In this document: piece by piece, positions 57,704-64,000 of the stretch
Layout of the letters: the number at the start of each line of letters is the position of its first letter
Position numbering within the stretch: position 1 is the first letter of the stretch
Source of the DNA: Macrostomum lignano
Taxonomy: Eukaryota
Assembly: GCA_002269645.1 (NCBI GenBank)
Contig: NIVC01001797.1
Span: forward strand, 1-64,000
Direction of reading: 5' to 3'
Length of the DNA stretch: 64,000 nt
The notes under the pieces: generated by a model
What the model was told of the DNA's origin: nothing
The model's database searches: none
The model's input: only the letters and a program-made list of their open reading frames with translations
Made by a program: the position numbers and the translations under genes

Positions 57704-57934
57704 TTGCAAAAATACTTGTATTGTAGGGCCTATTCTTTAAGTTTAGGGCTTATTAAGTTAAATTAATGTTTCTATATATACATATATAATAGTTATTTAT
57801 TTTAAGCTTAAAATTGTTCAGTTACTTATGTACTACTAATAAATAAAATTCATTTGACTTTTCTATCAGTCTCCCTATTATAACAATAAAATAAGACTCA
57901 ATTCATTAACATTAAGCAATTAGGCCCTAGATAG

Positions 57935-58520
57935 AATTAATTGGCAATAGTGCAGTTTTGTTTGCAAAATTATTCCCTGTTTAAATTTGAAAGTTCGAAA
58001 CCAGAAAACAATAACAACAATGTTTTAAACCGTTCTAATGACTGTGTCAGAGCTCACTGGTCACGGAACTTTTAAAGCAAATGGGCACTCTATTAATATA
58101 CTTTTTTCATTAAATCTGTGCCACACTCGAATGCTAGGGGCCTACTTGAAACAAGTTTTCTATGGAAAAATAGTTTAAAAAATCGAAAGGGGCTCAAGTG
58201 AGGGGGGCTTGAACTGTTTCCCTTTAGCTGAGAAGCTGCTAATATCTGCTTTTTCTTTTGGACAACATATTGTATCATGGCTGGACAACCACCAAGACCC
58301 TCATGGATAATTCCGCCGAATGAAGTGCTGCTAGCGAAGGCTCTACTACCGCAACTAGAGCTAAATGCGCGTGATCCAATGGCTGCCACAGTCTCTGCCA
58401 GAATCGTTAGACTGGTTTAAAACATCAATTTTTATTGTTGTTATTGTTTTCTGGTTTTGAACTTTCAAATTTAAACAAAAAATAATTTTGCAAATGAAAC
58501 TGCACTATTGCCAATTAATT
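57935..58520. mobile_element. MITE with ~120-140 bp imperfect TIRs
   Basis: AATTAATTGGCAATAGTGCAG..AAACAATAACAACAA..TTTTAAACC is mirrored at 58410-58520; TSD not resolved. Confidence 0.75.
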
Positions 58521-60406
58521 TAGTTTTAGGTATATAAATTTATATAAAAATACATAATAGTGCTTTGATTTTATCAATATCCTTTATTTATTAGTTTTAA
58601 CTAATAAATAAGGTTAGGAACAAACTTAGTCTTAGACAGATTAGAAATCAAATAAATAATTTCTAAAATAAAAGGCTTATCTAGTAAAAAGCTAACAAAA
58701 TAAATTTAAATAATTTTAGCCTTTAGCAAGCTTTCAGATATTTTTATATTGCTATAACGATCAACTAATAATCAATCCTCATGCATTTTATGCTATCTAC
58801 CAATTAAAAAAGTAACAAGCAAAAATACTAAACATAGCATTCTCTACATTCCCCAACCAATTAAACCCATGCCCATCCCATAGATTCTAATCCTAATTTG
58901 AAAGTTAGAAAGTTAGATTAGGCCTAAACATGAATATAAATCCAAACCAAAGGCAAAATTTGATCTACATTTAAATAAATGCATAGGCCTATGCCTATTC
59001 AATTAAACCATTTTCAAAGTTAAAATGACCTACTCACTCTACTGCTGGTAGGTAATAAAATACTAAGGCCAAGTACAAATTTAAATTAATAATATAAGCA
59101 TGCTGAGCATATAAGGCATCACTTAGTAAACAGAAACACCCAAACACAGTCGCTGAAGAATAACTTGACAACGTCAGACTAAATACTGACTATCAGACTG
59201 ATCCTCTGCCCCATATCGTATACTGAAAATCGCTTTCAAGTCGATTTTAAAACCACCTGTAACTTGAACAACAACATATTGCAAGCAAGAAAATTAAAAA
59301 ACAATAAGATATTAAATACATTAGAAAAAATTAACTAGTAGAAGCTTAGCTTACTGCTTGTTAAGACAACTAATAAACAAATTTAATTTGGTCTTGTTTT
59401 ACTATAATAAATCAGAACATAGCGACCAGATGTTTACTTTGAAAATTCAGTACCGTTACGGCTATTTAATCTGCGCAGCTTTTTTGTGTTTGTGTGTTTT
59501 TTTATTTGAAATTTAATAGTTATTGGAGAAGAGCTAGTTATTTATATTTGCCATTTTTTTATTTGTTAGCCTTATTATTGGGCTACTTGCCCTACCACAA
59601 CATAAAATATGGCAAAGGCATCAATTTGTGGCCCTGTAGTAACAAATTTGACTGGAAGCTGGGTAGGTAATATTTCACTGCCTTTTTATGACGTTTTCTA
59701 TATATTTTTACTTTTAATATTAAATTTTAATACAGCCATACATGCCTGTGCATTTATTTACTTGTAGTTGTAATCACAGTACATATTATTCAGAGTAGAA
59801 ACTAAAACTGTTAATATGGTATGATGAAATAAGCTAGCCATGGCATGGATGCCTAGCCATGGATGCTTGCTGTCTTGGGATGTTTTCTTTTTAGAGGAAA
59901 TGTTTGTTGTTTTTTCGTTATCTCTTTGTTACTTGTAAAGAACAAATATTCTATCCAGATGTCCCCATCAGGGGGCGAAAATTGCTAGTTTTATCTATTT
60001 TTATTAGCTTTAGTTATAATTTAAATTTGCAGCTTAGATTATATAGAAAGGCATGTCTAATTAAATACCATTAGTAGATAAGTTGGCAACACAATTTGAC
60101 AGCAAACAAAATAATTGGAACCCCTTGCTATTGGCTTTCTTTGGCATAAGATTAGGATAGACTAGTAATCAGCACCCTCTGTTAGTGTTGGGGAGGAGCC
60201 AGAGTACAAGTTGTTTTTAATAAACTACATGTAGCATCTCTTTGCAATATTCCTTAGTAGTCCTTTGTAAGCCTTGACATGTTAGCAATTCCCCCCACAA
60301 GCTTTAACATATCAACTTCCCCCTTTGAAATCTCAGCGATACCCCCATAAGCCTTTTAATCTTAAAAAAATCAGTCAATGTTTTAACCCTAACCCTAGCC
60401 TGACCC

Positions 60407-61111
60407 CCATAGTCAAGAAGGTGGCAAGTGCACGTAGGAATCAATTTATGGAAAAATCCTTGGTGCACACTAATGTATGCCAATTTTTTAAAACCCTTAA
60501 CATGATGTTTTTATTGCATGCCAAAAATCTTGAATACCAAAAATCAAGATTTTTATTCTACATTGACAATGTATTTGCATTCTTGATTTGAATATTAACC
60601 GTATTAGATACTATTTTTAAATAAATTTTCTACTTATGTAAACAAAGTTTATATAAAAAAAGGAAATTTGCTACAAAGAACATAGTGAGTATCAAAAACT
60701 TTTTCTTCACATTTCAAGAAACAAATAAACTAAAAGTCTACAAGAGTCACAAAATAAGAGCATTTAAAAGTTATTGGATATTTTAATTTTAATGTAGGCT
60801 GTTGAGTGTAGGCCTGGCTGTAGGCTAGGCTGTAGCCTCAACTAGTTGGTTTAATCAATATTCAAATTCAATTGTTCACGTTTAACTTTATTTATTGTAT
60901 ATATATAGTGTATACATCTATATCTGACTTGTTGATATACTGTCAGTTTGTAATTGCACGCCAAGGTTACACACCAAGTAAAAACTTGTACGCTGAAAAT
61001 TTAGGCGTGGCTTGAGACCCCTATTTGCACACCAACTTTGCATGCCAAAATTTTAGCATGGCTTGTGCACGCGGGAAAATTCCCGCGTGCAGGCCACCTT
61101 CCTGAGTATGG
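60407..61111. mobile_element. 705-bp MITE with CCATAG..TATGG termini and an 8-bp TSD
   Basis: TIR CCATAGTCAAGAAGGTGGC / GCCACCTTCCTGAGTATGG; CCTGACCC at 60399-60406 and 61112-61119; inserted in a degenerate (CCCTAA)n run. Confidence 0.8.
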
Positions 61112-61918
61112 CCTGACCCTAACCCTAACTATAACCCTAAAGCATTAACATTTCAGTAATTTTCCCAAGAGTCATTAGCCTATAGCACTATAGCATTATA
61201 GAAATTCCCTACAAGCCTTAGCATTGTAGGGATTCTCCTTGATTCTTGATAGATGCTTATTCTTTATATACTTTATTTATTGTTTTAAAAAGATAGAGTT
61301 AGCTTTTAGCTAAAAGATAATAATCATAATTATTATAGTCAACACAATAGTTCAAATGATCAATGGTTAAGTTAAATGTTATGGCTAAGCTGTTTTGCTA
61401 ATTTATATAGCTTTGTGAATGCTAGAATATATTATATAAAACTTTGATTAACAATTATGTTTAATTGTCCAATCAGATTGACCCCTTTTATAGTGGTTTT
61501 TCATTGAATTTTAATTCTAGACAGGTGTAAGACATGCTTTGTTTTTTATAACCTAAAAGTGTAATGTTTGACAACTCATACATATTTCAGCTTTGCAGAT
61601 AAAAAAATCTTTGGTAATCTAATTAATGTTTATAAATAAGCAGTATTTAAAAAGGCTGTTTTTTCATGTATATTCTTTCACCTAACTACTTATCTCTATA
61701 CATTTCTTTTGCTTAATATTGTGCATTCAAAAAAGTTGGTTGTAATTTTTTAGTGCTATGTATAAAATTCTTCTAAGTCAGATCATAAATCTTGGTGATT
61801 TATCATTCATAATATATTTAGCTAATTTTAAATCATATATAAAGTAACAATACAGTATATATGAAGTATGCTTGTGCAGTTTTAACTCATTTGTGTCTCA
61901 TCAATCACAAATTCGCAG

Positions 61919-63738
61919 TTTCCCTCTGGTTACTATGGACACAACAGGGACAGCCATCGCAATGACATCTATACAGAATACCGCAGGCTTGCCAAGCCTC
62001 AGCCGCCTCGGGTATTTCTCACCAGAATGAAGGTAAATAAGCGTCTACTAATTGTGCTAACGTTTTATGGTTAATGTATTGTTTTATAATTTCATCTCCA
62101 ATGATTTTTATTGACTAGCCTTGTAGTTGACTAGTTTGACATATATGCCGTCAATAAAAGTTTCTGAATTAAAAACAACATTTGGGATAAAACTTAAGAA
62201 CCATACTCCCAATTTCGAAATGGAAGCTGCAGTATGGAGATTCTGAAAAGAAAGCTAGTGCAGATTACAGTCTGCAAGCTGCAGATTCCAAATAAAAGCT
62301 ACATGTTCCCACTTGGAAGCTACAGATTCCAAATAAGAAGCTATGGATTCCAATCATAAGCTTGAGGCAGAAGGCTTTCTACGAGCTAGTTTTAATAGAT
62401 GCATAGAATGATTTTGTGCTGTTTTGCGCAATTGCGCGTGTATTTATATTTACAAACAGCGCGAGATTGAGGGGCCTAGGAAGGTGCGAAAAAATGGCGT
62501 GGCATGATAGGCTACGCCAACTCCCCCCTCCCCCCGGCTTAGCCTCAGCTAGACAAGTTGGGGGGTTTCCAGTGCGGCTGCACTGGTGCTGCCGGTCGCG
62601 TACAGTCTGACCGCCTGCCGCCACAAGCTACATATTTCAACTTGGAAGCTACGTATTCCAAATAGGAAGCTATGGATTCCAGTCGGAAGCTACATATTCT
62701 AAACCGGAAGCTACGTATTCCAAATAGGAAGCTATGGATTCCAGTCGGAAGCTACATATTCTAAACCGGAAGCTACATATTCCAAATAGGAAGCTACGGA
62801 TTCCAGTCGGAAGCTACATATTCCAAACGGGAAGCTACATATTCCAAATAGGAAGCTATGGATTCCAGTCGGAAGCTATGGATTCCAGTCGGAAGCTACA
62901 TATTCCAAATAGGAAGCTACGGATTCCAGTCGGAAGCTACATATTCCAAACGGGAAGCTACATATTCCAGATAGGAAGCTATGGATTCCAGTCGGAAGCT
63001 ACATATTCTAAACGGGAAGCTACACATACATGCGCAACCTCCAAATTTCGGTCGGCCGTGCGACTTAGTTTTAACAAAAATGCGACGTAGTTTTTGGCCA
63101 AAAATGCGACTTAGATGTAAAAAAACCCAAAAGGAAAATTAACGCAACTTTGGGTAAACGGCAGGAGTAACTATGACTGTCTTATAAAGCCAAAATGCCT
63201 CGTCAGCTACTTAGTACTACTACTCGGTGTTTTTCGGGTCAGCATTTTTGCGACTTCCTTGGTTGGCCGCCAAATCGGTCGGCCGGATCGGCCGACTCGG
63301 CCGACTGTTGCGCATGTATGAAGCTACATATTCCAAATAGGAAGCTATGGATTCCAGTCGGAAGCTATGGATTCCAGTCGGAAGCTACATATTCCAAACG
63401 GGAAGCTACATATTCCAAATAGGAAGCTACGGATTCCAGTCGGAAGCTACATATTGCAAACTGGAAGCTACGTATTCTAACTTGGAAGCTTCACATTCCA
63501 AAAAGGAAGCTATGGATTCCAGTCATAAGCTACATATTCCAAACGGGAAGCTACATGTTCTAAATTGAAAGCTGCATATTCTAAATAGGAAGCTATGTAT
63601 TATAACCTATATTAATCTCTAGCACATAAGTGAATGTCCATCCACAATTTTCGCTCACAGGACGATCCGGTGAGGCATATATTTTCCAAGCACGACAATC
63701 GCTACAGCTTTATCACAGACGCCACTTATTTGGATTTG
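61919..63738 (+). CDS. Two internal exons of an HDNR-motif protein (TEX36/C7orf31-like), incomplete
   Basis: Phase-0 exons 61919-62032 and 63661-63738 with AG/GT borders: FPSGYYGHNRDSHRNDIYTEYRRLAKPQPPRVFLTRMK|DDPVRHIFSKHDNRYSFITDATYLDL, similar to TEX36 FSVHDNRHSL..YLD. Confidence 0.6.
62250..63600. repeat. 21-bp minisatellite (GGAAGCTACATATTCCAAATA and variants), interrupted
   Basis: Read directly; interrupted at ~62370-62620 and by the MITE at 63025-63320. Confidence 0.9.
63025..63320. mobile_element. ~295-bp MITE, copy 2
   Basis: Perfect TIR CATACATGCGCAAC / GTTGCGCATGTATG; 8-bp TSD AAGCTACA at 63017-63024 and 63321-63328. Confidence 0.92.
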
Positions 63739-64000
63739 GTGAGCAAAACTCTCTTAAGAACAATTACGCTTGTACTAACAAATGAATGGCTGGGTTTTTT
63801 TCGTCTGGATGTTGAATTTCAGGGTCCAGGTCCAGTTTCTAATACTGTCGTGCTCTTAATGCCTGAAGTTTGACCTCCAATGTCAAAAATAAATTAGCTC
63901 CTTGATTTTTATCCTAGATAAGTGCCGTTTTTCTTTTACCGCGAGTCGGGACTAGGGACTTAAACTTCTTTCCATTGCCGAATTCTGTGAGTCAGAAGCT

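Overview
Eukaryotic, intron-rich and repeat-rich window with GC-rich exons, GT-AG introns and AT-rich spacers. It is probably from a flatworm, because it carries an EF-hand + dynein-light-chain TAL gene. Abundant DNA transposons and minisatellite-filled introns suggest a free-living species such as Macrostomum (inference). Host genes assembled by hand: two tandem KY/hillarin-type transglutaminase-like paralogues (1-3983 and 10419-15133, +), both ending in a domain that aligns with the dynein heavy-chain microtubule-binding domain; a TAL gene between them (7353-8405, -); an intact 7-exon Miro GTPase (16833-34568, +); a 5-exon CYLD-like USP lacking CAP-Gly domains and all three catalytic residues (38907-55118, -); a CPFC glutaredoxin (56014-56774, -); and two exons of an HDNR-motif gene running off the right edge. 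Mobile DNA: a 5.86-kb hAT-like element with 14-bp TIRs and a 7-bp TSD in Miro intron 1, whose ~1140-aa transposase ends in a Spindlin-like Tudor domain; a deleted THAP/P-type element with 116-bp TIRs and an apparent 9-bp TSD; several 8-bp-TSD MITEs, including two 42-48 bp pure palindromes; tRNA-derived SINEs; Helitron-like ends; and about 20 tandem arrays. Most long ORFs in the supplied track are artefacts of these arrays. All homology calls come from reading and aligning motifs by eye, with no database search.
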